Positions 52,575 through 61,600 of a stretch of 64,000 bases of DNA are shown in pieces. The stretch covers positions 5,888 through 69,887 of the forward strand of contig JAQBQU010000007.1 of the NCBI GenBank assembly GCA_028286865.1. The letters run 5' to 3'. This DNA comes from Candidatus Kaiserbacteria bacterium (GTDB taxonomy: Bacteria; Patescibacteriota; Minisyncoccia; Phycocordibacterales; UBA2100). Numbering within the stretch: the stretch's first letter is position 1; every line of letters begins with the position of its first letter. A program made the translations under genes and the position numbers. Below the pieces are notes generated by a model. The model searched no databases, was not told where the DNA came from, and saw only the letters and a list, made by a program, of their open reading frames with translations.

Positions 52575-53204
52575 TCACGCCACACTGAGCACAAAGTGTT
52601 CAAGTGCATATTCGAATTCAAATCCCCGGCGGCGCGCCTCGTGAGGCAGCTCAGCTAAGGCGGCTACGAGTCCGCGGGCGCGTGCCGAATTCTCGCGTAA
52701 GAGCATCTGTTTCGCCCCCCAGAAGAGCGCTCCGTGTATGGCTTCCGGAGCCTTTCCCGCTGCTATCTCGCGCTGATACCCGACCCACAGGTCCTTCTTT
52801 TTGCCGCGCTGGAGTGCCGCGGCGAGTTCGAAGATACTATTGTCCTTTTTGACGGTCTTCGCGACTTCGAACTTCTCGCTCTTTTCGGCATATTTCTCCA
52901 CCTGCTTGCGGGTCGCCGCATCAAGCGCGGATTCATATACATAGAAGGTGTCGACGCTGTCTCGCATGGCCTTCACCTGATCGAGCGCGTATTCGCGCAT
53001 CTCGACATTGAGCATCACATTGTCGAGCATGATAGTCCGCGCACCTCCGAAGAGTCCGCCGCCGGAGAGCGCGGCGATAAGGTCGTTGCGCGTGTGCGCA
53101 TCGGTGATGCGGAGCACCTCCGTCTTCTGCGCCGCTTTCTCAAGGATCGCGGAGAGTTTCCCGCGGATCGTTTCAGTATCGGTACCGGTATAGAAGTACA
53201 GCAT
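52575..53204 (-). CDS. Short DNA polymerase III delta (HolA)-like protein
   Basis: 209 aa. N-terminus LYFYTGTD...GGGLFGGARTIML resembles HolA domain I; lies downstream of polA. Weak assignment. Confidence 0.45.
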   Translation of the reverse strand: MLYFYTGTDTETIRGKLSAILEKAAQKTEVLRITDAHTRNDLIAALSGGGLFGGARTIMLDNVMLNVEMREYALDQVKAMRDSVDTFYVYESALDAATRKQVEKYAEKSEKFEVAKTVKKDNSIFELAAALQRGKKKDLWVGYQREIAAGKAPEAIHGALFWGAKQMLLRENSARARGLVAALAELPHEARRRGFEFEYALEHFVLSVA

Positions 53205-53205
53205 G

Positions 53206-55632
53206 TTATCGTGCGATCTTTTTCAATTCCCCCCAATTATCCCCTATCGACGCTTCCGCCGCGATCGGGACCCCGCTGAGCCGCGCCGTGTCTACCACTC
53301 CTTCCATGACCGAACGAAGTTCCCGCGCGATCTCTTCGGCATTCGCCGCCTTCACTTCGAAGACGAGTTCGTCGTGCACCTGCATGAGCAGCCGCACATC
53401 CCCTCTCCATCCCTTTTCTTCGACGAGCGCATCCGCTGCGATCATCGCGAGCTTGATGATGTCGGCCTGCGTGCCCTGGATCGGCGCATTCACCGCCATG
53501 CGCTCCGCTTGTGCGCGAAGCCCGGGCAGCGACGACTGGAAGCCGGGGAAATAGCGGCGGCGTCCGAAGAGTGTTTCGGTGAAGCCTTGCCGCGCCGCAT
53601 CGGCCTTCGTTTTTTCTACAAAGCGGGAGACGCCGGAGAAGTTCTTAAAATATTCCTCGATGTATGTCCCCGCTTCGTCGCGAGAAACGGAATCACCCAA
53701 GTTCGCCCGCAACGCGTTTACTCCCATGCCGTAGAGAATACCGAAGTTGATGATCTTGGCGCGGCGGCGCATCTCGCGGTCCACTGCCTCCGGCGGCACA
53801 TTGAACACCTGCGCCGCGACCTCGGTATGGACATCGCGTCCGTCGCGGAAGACCTGGACGAGCTTCTCGTCGCCCGAGAGTCCGGCGGCGATGCGCAGCT
53901 CGATCTGGGAATAATCGATAGCGACGATGGCATTGCCCTTCTCTGCGGAGAAGGCATTGCGGATGCGGCGGCCGTAATCGGTACGTATCGGGATGTTCTG
54001 GAGATTCGGATTGGCACTTGCCATGCGTCCGGTCGTCGTCCCCGCCGAGAGGAAGTTGGCATGGAGCCTCCCGTCTTTTGCTACCAGCTCCGGGATCTTG
54101 TCGATGTAGGTCCCGAGGAGCTTCTGCAGTTCGCGGTATGCGAGCACGTCGTCGATGATCGGATGCAGGTGCGACATCTTCGCGAGCTCTTCCTCGCGAG
54201 TGGTGCGCGCGCCGGTGGCGGTCTTCTTTTGTTTTGCCGGGGTGATCTTCAGCTCGTCGTAGAGCACAACGCCGAGCTGTTTGGGAGAACTGATGTTGAA
54301 CTCATGGCCCGCATGGCCGTAGATACGCGCCGCGATCTTCGCCAGCTCTTCGGTGTATTCCTTCGAGAGCTTCTGCATGTACTTCACATCGACGCGCACG
54401 CCGTCGACGTTCATGCGCCGGATGATCGGGATGAGCGGACGCTCGATCGTTTCGTATACTTTCATCAGCTCCCCCGTCTCGCGCAGCTTCGTGAAGATGA
54501 ATTCACGCGCGCGTTCAAAATCCTCGGTATGTGCGTACTGCAAAATATCGTCTATCGAGGGAGTGGTGGTGTCGCTGCGCAAAAGCCAGAGTGCGACCGC
54601 TGTTTCTTCGAGTGAATTCGGGTCGACCTCCTGCACCTTTTGTATGAGCGTTTCTTCATCCTTCGTTTCCGAGTGAAGTGTCGGGCGCAAGCGCTCTTTG
54701 AGCGCGCGGAACTCGAGATCATCAAGGAGTGCCTCGATCGTGGTCGTATATTCTTCCATGTGCCAGTAGCGCTTCGGGAGTTCGAATTTGATCGGCACAT
54801 CGCAGTGGATCGTCGCGAGTGTTTTCGAGAACTGGGCATTCGATTTGCCGTCGAGAAGCAGCTGTATCACGCGTGGCTTTACGCCTTTCTTTTCGAGCGC
54901 CTCGGGGCCTTTCGCGAGCTCCTTATATATATTCTCTATCGAACCGAACAACTTTATGAGCTCCGTTGCGGTCTTTTCTCCAATGCCCTTCACTCCGGGA
55001 ATGTTGTCCGACGGATCGCCGCGGAGTGCTTTGTAATCCACTACGTGCTCCGGGCCGAACTCGTATCGCGCGCGCACCGCATCCGGATCATAGATGACGG
55101 TGTCTGATATGCCTTTGCGCATGGTGAAAACGCGCACGCGGTCATTCACGAGCTGGAGCGTATCCATATCTCCCGACGCGATGATCGTCTCGATATCGCT
55201 GCGCCCGCCGAGATTCTTGACGATGGTACCGAGCACATCATCGGCTTCGTACCCGGCGAGCGAATACTGCGGAATACCGAATGCGTCGAACACTTTTGGC
55301 GCGCTCTTGAGCTGCGCTATCAGCGCATCATCGGCCTGCACGCGGTGCGCTTTATACGCCTCGAATATCTCGTGGCGATGCGTGGCCCCCGGCAGGTCGC
55401 GCGCCGAGATTATGTAATCAGGCTTGAGCTCGTCTTTGATCTTCAGCAGCATGAGGATCAGTCCGTACAGTGCCCCCGTAGGCTCGCCGTCGCCTTTCGT
55501 GAAATCGGGCAACGCGTGATACGCGCGGTGGAGTATCGCGTGGGAATCAAGAAGCACGAGCCGCGCCGGTTTACCCGGAACATCGTGGGGCTTCTCCTTC
55601 GCCTCTTTCTTACTGTCGGTTTTCTTGGCCAT
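53206..55632 (-). CDS. polA: DNA polymerase I
   Basis: 808 aa. 5'-nuclease domain (LLDSHAILHRAYHAL, GDPSDNIPGV) and family A palm motifs (DYSQIELRI, RRRAKIINFGILYGMG, QVHDELVFE). Confidence 0.97.
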   Translation of the reverse strand: MAKKTDSKKEAKEKPHDVPGKPARLVLLDSHAILHRAYHALPDFTKGDGEPTGALYGLILMLLKIKDELKPDYIISARDLPGATHRHEIFEAYKAHRVQADDALIAQLKSAPKVFDAFGIPQYSLAGYEADDVLGTIVKNLGGRSDIETIIASGDMDTLQLVNDRVRVFTMRKGISDTVIYDPDAVRARYEFGPEHVVDYKALRGDPSDNIPGVKGIGEKTATELIKLFGSIENIYKELAKGPEALEKKGVKPRVIQLLLDGKSNAQFSKTLATIHCDVPIKFELPKRYWHMEEYTTTIEALLDDLEFRALKERLRPTLHSETKDEETLIQKVQEVDPNSLEETAVALWLLRSDTTTPSIDDILQYAHTEDFERAREFIFTKLRETGELMKVYETIERPLIPIIRRMNVDGVRVDVKYMQKLSKEYTEELAKIAARIYGHAGHEFNISSPKQLGVVLYDELKITPAKQKKTATGARTTREEELAKMSHLHPIIDDVLAYRELQKLLGTYIDKIPELVAKDGRLHANFLSAGTTTGRMASANPNLQNIPIRTDYGRRIRNAFSAEKGNAIVAIDYSQIELRIAAGLSGDEKLVQVFRDGRDVHTEVAAQVFNVPPEAVDREMRRRAKIINFGILYGMGVNALRANLGDSVSRDEAGTYIEEYFKNFSGVSRFVEKTKADAARQGFTETLFGRRRYFPGFQSSLPGLRAQAERMAVNAPIQGTQADIIKLAMIAADALVEEKGWRGDVRLLMQVHDELVFEVKAANAEEIARELRSVMEGVVDTARLSGVPIAAEASIGDNWGELKKIAR

Positions 55633-56068
55633 TTATGGTGATGATACGCTCTTCATTTTCGATGTCGAACCGGAGCGCATGAGCGCCCGGCGGGATGATA
55701 TCCGCGACCCGTTCGGGCCACTCGAGCACGATCAGGTTCTGCTCATCCGCCAGAAGCTCCTTCCAGCCCAAGACCTCTAGCTCATGTGAGGAATTGAGCC
55801 GATATGCATCGATATGTACGAGTCGCTCCCATCCGCCAGCCGGCGGACTGTCCCGCAAATCGTATACCTTTTCAATGACGAACGTCGGGCTCGTGACCGT
55901 TTCGGTCACGCCGAGCACCCGGGCGATTCCCTGCGCGAAGGTCGTTTTTCCCGCGCCGAGTTCGCCGGAAAGGGTGATGAGTGTCGCCTGAGTCCCGGGC
56001 ATGAGCGATGCGATAAAACTGCCGGCGAGCGACTGAAGTTCCTCACCGGTTTGAGAGCGCATCTGCAT
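55610..56068 (-). CDS. tsaE: tRNA t6A37 biosynthesis protein TsaE
   Basis: LSGELGAGKTTFAQGI P-loop and TSPTFVI motif. Start at ATG 56068 (or 56062). Confidence 0.9.
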   Translation of the reverse strand: MQMRSQTGEELQSLAGSFIASLMPGTQATLITLSGELGAGKTTFAQGIARVLGVTETVTSPTFVIEKVYDLRDSPPAGGWERLVHIDAYRLNSSHELEVLGWKELLADEQNLIVLEWPERVADIIPPGAHALRFDIENEERIITINGQENRQ

Positions 56069-56092
56069 GGCTTCAGTGTACAATATATGTGT

Positions 56093-57787
56093 ATGACGAC
56101 GCAGTTCAATGAGAAAAAGCAGGATGAGCGCCTGCACGAGCTGCGCGCTCGCGAAGAAGAGGCGCTCGCCGAAATGCTCTCACGGAAATACGGCGTCGAG
56201 TACGTCGATCTCACCAATAAATCCATCGATACCGATGCGCTTCGCTTAGTTACCGAGGTCGAAGCACGCGCCACTGAGATTGCGCCCTTTCATAAAGTGA
56301 ACAAGGCGCTCTTCGTCGGTATGCGCTCCCCCGAGCGGCCCGATGCGCTCGTCGCACTGAAAAAACTCGAAACCCTTGGCTACACGGTGCGTCGCTTCAT
56401 CGTCTCCTCGGCGTCGCTCGCACACGCATGGGATCGCTATCACGACATCTCATACGCGACCGAGACCGAAGCGGGCATTCTCACGCTCTCCAGTGAGACC
56501 ATTCAGCAGATGCTCGCCAAAGTGAAAACATTGGCAGACGTAAAGAACGAGATCATGGGATACGCGGGCAGCAAAGATGCGCACCGCATCTCTCGCGTGC
56601 TTGAGATCATCATGGCCGGAGCGTTAGCACTCGGAGCTTCCGACGTGCACCTCGAGCCGGAAGACCAGGGCGTGCGTATGCGATACCGACTCGACGGCGT
56701 CTTGGTGGAAGTGCTGATATTCGACGCGCCCACCTACGCGCTCGTGTCGTCGCGCTTGAAACTGCTCTCGGGACTCAAGCTCAACGTAAAGAACGCCGCA
56801 CAAGACGGCCGCTTCTCCATCGTGATCGGCGGTAAAGAAGTGGAGATCCGCGCGAGCGTGCTCCCGGGCTCATATGCGGAGACGATCGTGATGCGTCTTC
56901 TCGATCCTTCCACCATCGCGCTGCCCATCGAAGCCCTCGGCTTCGACAAATACCTCATGGACATCTTCGACCGCGAGATCGAAAAGCCCAACGGCATGAT
57001 CCTCAACACAGGTCCGACCGGATCCGGTAAGACCACTACACTCTACGCATTCTTGCGACGCGTGCAAAAGCCGGAGATCAAGATCGTCACGATCGAAGAC
57101 CCAGTGGAATATCACCTTCCCGGTCTCGTGCAAACACAGGTATCAAAAGACTATTCATTCGCACAAGGATTGCGTAGCACACTGCGCCAAGACCCCGACG
57201 TGATCATGGTCGGTGAAATCCGAGACGCTGAAGTGGCCGCGACCGCGGTGCAGGCGTCGCTCACGGGTCACTTGGTATTTTCTACTCTCCACACCAACGA
57301 CGCTGCCGGTACCTTCCCCCGCCTTATCGACATGGGCGTCGCTCCCGATGTGCTCGGTGCTGCGGTCACCACCGCGATGGCACAGCGCCTCGTGCGCAAG
57401 CTCTGCTCGGCGTGCCGCGTGCCCGCGCCTATCGAAGGAGCCGTGCTCGAGAAGATGAATTTCATATTGAAAAATGTTCCGCATTCCGAAGAACTTCCGC
57501 CGGATCGCACGCACATGTTCTTGCCAAAAGGCTGCGAGAAGTGCGGTGGCCTCGGATACAAGGGCCGCGTCGCGGTGGTGGAGGTGATTCTCATGGACCG
57601 CGAGATCGAAGACTGCGTGCGCCACACCTCATCGGAACGCGACATCTGGCAGGCCGCAAAGCATCAGAACATCCGCCGTATGGCACAGGATGGCGCGGTG
57701 AAGATCCTCCAGGGAGTCACCTCATACGAAGAACTCGCCCGTGTCGTCGACCTCAACGACGAGGTCATGCTCGAAACGATCGCCTAG
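56093..57787 (+). CDS. pilB: Type II/IV secretion ATPase (PilB/GspE family)
   Basis: 564 aa from ATG 56093. Walker A GPTGSGKTTT, Asp box, Walker B VIMVGEIRD, His box LVFSTLHTND, tetracysteine CSAC..CEKC. Confidence 0.92.
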   Translation: MTTQFNEKKQDERLHELRAREEEALAEMLSRKYGVEYVDLTNKSIDTDALRLVTEVEARATEIAPFHKVNKALFVGMRSPERPDALVALKKLETLGYTVRRFIVSSASLAHAWDRYHDISYATETEAGILTLSSETIQQMLAKVKTLADVKNEIMGYAGSKDAHRISRVLEIIMAGALALGASDVHLEPEDQGVRMRYRLDGVLVEVLIFDAPTYALVSSRLKLLSGLKLNVKNAAQDGRFSIVIGGKEVEIRASVLPGSYAETIVMRLLDPSTIALPIEALGFDKYLMDIFDREIEKPNGMILNTGPTGSGKTTTLYAFLRRVQKPEIKIVTIEDPVEYHLPGLVQTQVSKDYSFAQGLRSTLRQDPDVIMVGEIRDAEVAATAVQASLTGHLVFSTLHTNDAAGTFPRLIDMGVAPDVLGAAVTTAMAQRLVRKLCSACRVPAPIEGAVLEKMNFILKNVPHSEELPPDRTHMFLPKGCEKCGGLGYKGRVAVVEVILMDREIEDCVRHTSSERDIWQAAKHQNIRRMAQDGAVKILQGVTSYEELARVVDLNDEVMLETIA

Positions 57788-57789
57788 GT

Positions 57790-58458
57790 ATGGAGAGGAT
57801 CCCTGATCGAACGCCCTTCAAACAACCCCTTTACCCTCATGAAAATATAACGCCGGATGCGGCGAACCTTTTGCAGAGCGAAACCAAGTTTTCCCAAATA
57901 GGTTCCGATACAGAGACGGTTGTCCGCGCACTCTCCCAAGGAGAACTCACCTGGCTCTATGACGTCGGAGTTTCTCTTCAGGAAAGAGCTGCCATCGCCA
58001 AGAGACTTTTTGAAGACCTCAGACTACGCGGCGTCCGCGCATCCGTGCAGATGCTCATCGGCGAAAAAGATGGAGAGCCCGTGCTCTTTTCAATAACCCC
58101 GAGCGTTCGGCGCGCCGAAGAGGCCGAGAAAACGGCGCGCGCGATCGACGAGAAGATCGAACAGTACAATATCCTTTTTGACTACTTCGAAGACAAGTTC
58201 AGGTCAAAGGACTATTACCTGTATGACATCCTGGGAGAACATCAATATGTTTACGGGAACACGAAAGATGAGTCAGAGGATCACTGGCATCTTGTGGATG
58301 TGGATCCGTATATAAAGAAAGATCTGGACATCGAAGGGCTTCGGGGACAGCTCAGCGGGATCAAGACCGACATCGAAGCGTATGCAAAGTATCCCGCCGC
58401 TGCCGCTCTCATTGCGAAGGTGGATGCGCGGCTGGCCGAACTCGAGGCAATCGCTTAA
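57790..58458 (+). CDS. Hypothetical protein (downstream of pilB)
   Basis: 222 aa from ATG 57790, 2 nt after the pilB stop. Acidic, predicted helical; no family recognised. Confidence 0.55.
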   Translation: MERIPDRTPFKQPLYPHENITPDAANLLQSETKFSQIGSDTETVVRALSQGELTWLYDVGVSLQERAAIAKRLFEDLRLRGVRASVQMLIGEKDGEPVLFSITPSVRRAEEAEKTARAIDEKIEQYNILFDYFEDKFRSKDYYLYDILGEHQYVYGNTKDESEDHWHLVDVDPYIKKDLDIEGLRGQLSGIKTDIEAYAKYPAAAALIAKVDARLAELEAIA

Positions 58459-58510
58459 TTGACTTCTATTGCCTGCGGCAGTATCACTCTGGAAGCAGAG
58501 AGGTACTGAA

Positions 58511-59176
58511 ATGGCACAAGAGCAGAAGAAGTCCAGTCGTCCGAGTAATCGACGGCGCGTGTATTTGTATGGAGCGCGATTCGCGGAACAGCATTTCGAT
58601 CAGGATTGGTTGGAGTCGATCGATGTGGCAAAGCTGCACGCCGCGGACAAAGACTTCTGCCTGATGGCGCAAGCGGGCGGGAAAAGTTTTGCCGATATGT
58701 GCACCGGCAAATTCGCAGATATACCGAGCGGCGAACTCAAGCGGGCAGGCATGATGCTGTATCACCCCGGGAAGATCACGTTCGCTTCGGTCCGCGAGAA
58801 GAAATTGCACGAACACGAAGCGGCGTCACTCACCGCGCACTGGAAAGCATTCCTCATCGGCAAAAAACTCGAGTCGGGCAACATCACGGCCAAGATCGAG
58901 GTGGACGGCGCACATGCAGCCGCGGTCGCGCTTTTCGATAAGAAACGCGGGGCATCGCGATGGCGTCAGCGGATCGGCGACCTGGAGACGTTCGATGTGA
59001 ATTCCTTCTCGAACGGTCCGCTCGGGCGCCTTCTCAAGCACGGCTTCGTTGAACTGGAAACACTCGGTGTGCTCCCGGATCAATTGCCGGGATTGAATCT
59101 CTTGCCGCATCCCCTGCCCCTCGCGCGCGAATATCAGAACGCGTTGTGGGTCGCCGAATCTCGGTTCTTCGTGTGA
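58511..59176 (+). CDS. Hypothetical protein
   Basis: 221 aa from ATG 58511 (MAQEQKKSSRPSNRRR..). No family recognised; followed by a strong terminator. Confidence 0.55.
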   Translation: MAQEQKKSSRPSNRRRVYLYGARFAEQHFDQDWLESIDVAKLHAADKDFCLMAQAGGKSFADMCTGKFADIPSGELKRAGMMLYHPGKITFASVREKKLHEHEAASLTAHWKAFLIGKKLESGNITAKIEVDGAHAAAVALFDKKRGASRWRQRIGDLETFDVNSFSNGPLGRLLKHGFVELETLGVLPDQLPGLNLLPHPLPLAREYQNALWVAESRFFV

Positions 59177-59180
59177 TCAC

Positions 59181-59219
59181 TCGGGCGTCGGCATTTTGTG
59201 CCGACGCCCGAAACTTTTT
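59181..59219 (+). terminator. Intrinsic terminator
   Basis: 13-bp hairpin tcgggcgtcggca/tgccgacgcccga followed by a T-run. Confidence 0.85.
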
Positions 59220-59220
59220 A

Positions 59221-59255
59221 CAACACAAAACCCGATTGCGCGGACGCAATCGGGT
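59221..59255 (-). terminator. Intrinsic terminator for a minus-strand transcript
   Basis: acccgattgcg-tccg-cgcaatcgggt, then tttgtgttg on the minus strand. Confidence 0.7.
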
Positions 59256-59440
59256 GTTATGTTTCGGGGAGGAAGAGATGCACAAGTTCGGGCAATGCAT
59301 TCGGGAGAATGTTGCAACTGGGATCTAAGGATGATGGCAGCGGCGCCGCCACGTCCTCGATAATGTCACTCATTGCCCGAAGCTGCGCGTCTCTTCAGGA
59401 TAGGCATGGAAAAAGCGGATGTTTTCCGCTTCTGAAATAC

Positions 59441-59468
59441 AGTATAGCATATTAGAAGCGTTTGTCAA
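59441..59468 (-). promoter_or_regulatory. Near-consensus sigma70-type promoter (TTGACA-N16-TATACT), no annotated gene downstream
   Basis: On the minus strand: cTTGACAaacgcttctaatatgcTATACTg. Confidence 0.5.
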
Positions 59469-59513
59469 GCAGCCTGCACCCTCCCCTTTTAGGGCTTGGT
59501 ACAGCCTCATTTT

Positions 59514-60521
59514 ATGACCACTGATCCCGCACATATCGAAAAAGCACCGCGGAGCCTCGACCAGGCGCTCCGCCCCGAGTCGTGGAAGGAATACGTAGGT
59601 CAGGAGGCCATCAAGGAGAACCTCCGCATCCTCCTTACGGCCGCCCAGGGCCGTAATCATCAGCCTGAGCACGTCCTTTTATATGGTCCGCCGGGCTTAG
59701 GCAAGACGACGCTGGCACATCTCATGGCCAAGGAGATCGGGGCCAACATGCGCACCACCTCGGGCCCGGCCATCGAGCGCGTCGGCGACCTCGCATCCAT
59801 CCTCACCAATCTTTCGCCCGGTGATGTGCTTTTCATCGACGAGATACACCGCCTGAATCATTCGATAGAGGAGGTGCTCTACCCTGCCATGGAAGCGGGA
59901 GTGCTTGATATCGTGATCGGTAAAGGTCCCGCGGCGCGCACGGTACAGCTCGAGCTTCCCGCATTCACACTCATCGCCGCGACGACGCGCATCTCAATGC
60001 TTTCCGCTCCGCTGCGCTCACGATTCTCCGGCGGCACATTCAGATTGCAGTACTACACCGACCACGAGATCGCCGAGATATTGCGTCGTTCCGCGAAGAT
60101 CCTCGGTATCGAGGCCGATGCAGAATCATTTATGGAGATCGCCAAGCGTTCACGCGCCACACCGCGTACGGCGAATTACCTGCTTAAGCGCGCCCGCGAC
60201 TTCGCCGCCGTCAACGAACAAGCCCTTGATATCAAAACAGTGAAAAAATCCCTCTCCCTTCTGGAGATCGATGAGGGCGGCCTCAACCAGACCGACCGCG
60301 ACATCCTCAATCTGGTTATCGAAAAATTCCAAGGCGGCCCGGTGGGACTCAAGACCATCGCCGCTGCGCTCTCCGAAGAGGAAGCGACCATCGAAGAAGT
60401 GAACGAGCCGTACCTTATGCAGTGCGGTCTCATCGAGCGCACCCCGCGCGGACGCATCGTCACTGACAAGGGCTATCAGCACGTGGGCCACAACAAACCG
60501 GGCCAGCCGAAGCTACTTTGA
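59514..60521 (+). CDS. ruvB: Holliday junction DNA helicase RuvB
   Basis: LLYGPPGLGKTTLA Walker A, DVLFIDEIHRL, TLIAATTR. Start at ATG 59514. Confidence 0.97.
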   Translation: MTTDPAHIEKAPRSLDQALRPESWKEYVGQEAIKENLRILLTAAQGRNHQPEHVLLYGPPGLGKTTLAHLMAKEIGANMRTTSGPAIERVGDLASILTNLSPGDVLFIDEIHRLNHSIEEVLYPAMEAGVLDIVIGKGPAARTVQLELPAFTLIAATTRISMLSAPLRSRFSGGTFRLQYYTDHEIAEILRRSAKILGIEADAESFMEIAKRSRATPRTANYLLKRARDFAAVNEQALDIKTVKKSLSLLEIDEGGLNQTDRDILNLVIEKFQGGPVGLKTIAAALSEEEATIEEVNEPYLMQCGLIERTPRGRIVTDKGYQHVGHNKPGQPKLL

Positions 60522-60594
60522 TTGACTCGCTCACTTGAGGTAGGCACAATGCCGCGAGCATGTGTTCACCCATAGACATGAAGGAGGCCGGCCC

Positions 60595-61482
60595 ATGACC
60601 GACTTACTCCCGCTCGAACAACGACCCGTGGCAAAATTTGCCAGGAAAGTCGACGGCGGTCAGCTCTTAGCCGCCATGGGTACCCTGAAGCTGAAGTACG
60701 CCATCCCCCAAACCGGTCTGGATGTGCGAGGTCTTCCTACCCACGACGTGAGCTCGGAAGCACTGTTCAACAGTACGACCAAGATGCTTATGTGCGGAGG
60801 AACGCATCCGAACAGAACGTTCACATTGTTCGAACCGGGCCTGCACGCACGAGCACGGCGCGGATTCAGTCTGAGACTTTCGGTCCTCGAGACGACGCTG
60901 CACGAGACCTTTCACACCGCCAACGGCGAGAAGCATTACCCCGGGACATACACTGACGAGATGTCGACCGAAGAGTGCGGCCGGACCATTGGAGGTTTCC
61001 GTGAAGTGTTCTACATGGACGGCGAAGCGACCAAGGTTCACAACAACCTCTTCAACGAGGGCGTGACGCAGCTCCTTACGCTCGAGCTGATGCGCGAATA
61101 TCTGATACTCGGACCGTATCTGAATGTGACGCCACGTGAATGGAAAAAACACTTTTTCCGCATCCATACGCGCAAGCGCGGTAGTTTTTATCCGGATGCC
61201 ACATCATTCGTACAGGCGTTCGTATCGAGAGTCGCCGTGGTTATCGGAAGTGAGAAAGTCGTATGGGACAAGCTCTACCAAGACTATTTTCTCGGCACCT
61301 CACTGCTCAACGATACGTTCTGGGCAGCGCTTATCCGGGAAGCAGGCATCGAGCGGATCATGCGTGCAACACGGACGGCGCATTACAATAGCCTGCCGAC
61401 CTATGAAGCCCAGATCCGCAAGAACCGCGGCGCCTGGGAAAAGCTCGAGGCTGTCCCTGCTCTTCGTCCGGCATATGAATAA
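60595..61482 (+). CDS. Hypothetical protein with HExxH...NEGxT zincin-like motifs
   Basis: 295 aa from ATG 60595, 7 nt after AAGGAGG. LHETFH, and 46 residues later LFNEGVTQ, reminiscent of gluzincin third-ligand motifs. Confidence 0.5.
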   Translation: MTDLLPLEQRPVAKFARKVDGGQLLAAMGTLKLKYAIPQTGLDVRGLPTHDVSSEALFNSTTKMLMCGGTHPNRTFTLFEPGLHARARRGFSLRLSVLETTLHETFHTANGEKHYPGTYTDEMSTEECGRTIGGFREVFYMDGEATKVHNNLFNEGVTQLLTLELMREYLILGPYLNVTPREWKKHFFRIHTRKRGSFYPDATSFVQAFVSRVAVVIGSEKVVWDKLYQDYFLGTSLLNDTFWAALIREAGIERIMRATRTAHYNSLPTYEAQIRKNRGAWEKLEAVPALRPAYE

Positions 61483-61491
61483 GCCTTGCCT

Positions 61492-61527
61492 GCGGCCGCT
61501 CCCCCTGGGAGCGGCCGCGATTCTTTT
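61492..61527 (+). terminator. Cassette terminator T1 (hairpin containing GCGGCCGC)
   Basis: gcggccgctcc-ccctg-ggagcggccgc, then gattctttt. Confidence 0.8.
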
Positions 61528-61532
61528 GAAAG

Positions 61533-61561
61533 TTGCGGGTAAGAGCGTAGAGGCATAGGAT
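61533..61561 (+). promoter_or_regulatory. Cassette promoter P1 (TTGCGG-N17-TAGGAT)
   Basis: The same hexamers and spacing recur at 62352-62380, in the same position relative to the hairpin terminator. Confidence 0.55.
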
Positions 61562-61600
61562 GCCGGAAGAATATCCCTGCCATGTGTACGGAGTCGCTCC

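Noticed and set aside
53203-54615. 470-aa ORF on the plus strand
   Set aside because: It is entirely antisense to polA, whose product has unmistakable family A polymerase motifs. The sequence is Arg/Leu/Glu-rich with no motifs, typical of a shadow ORF in GC-rich DNA.
59370-59672. 100-aa minus-strand ORF spanning the ruvB start
   Set aside because: It is antisense to the highly conserved ruvB N-terminus and extends over the intergenic promoter region, with no supporting motif.
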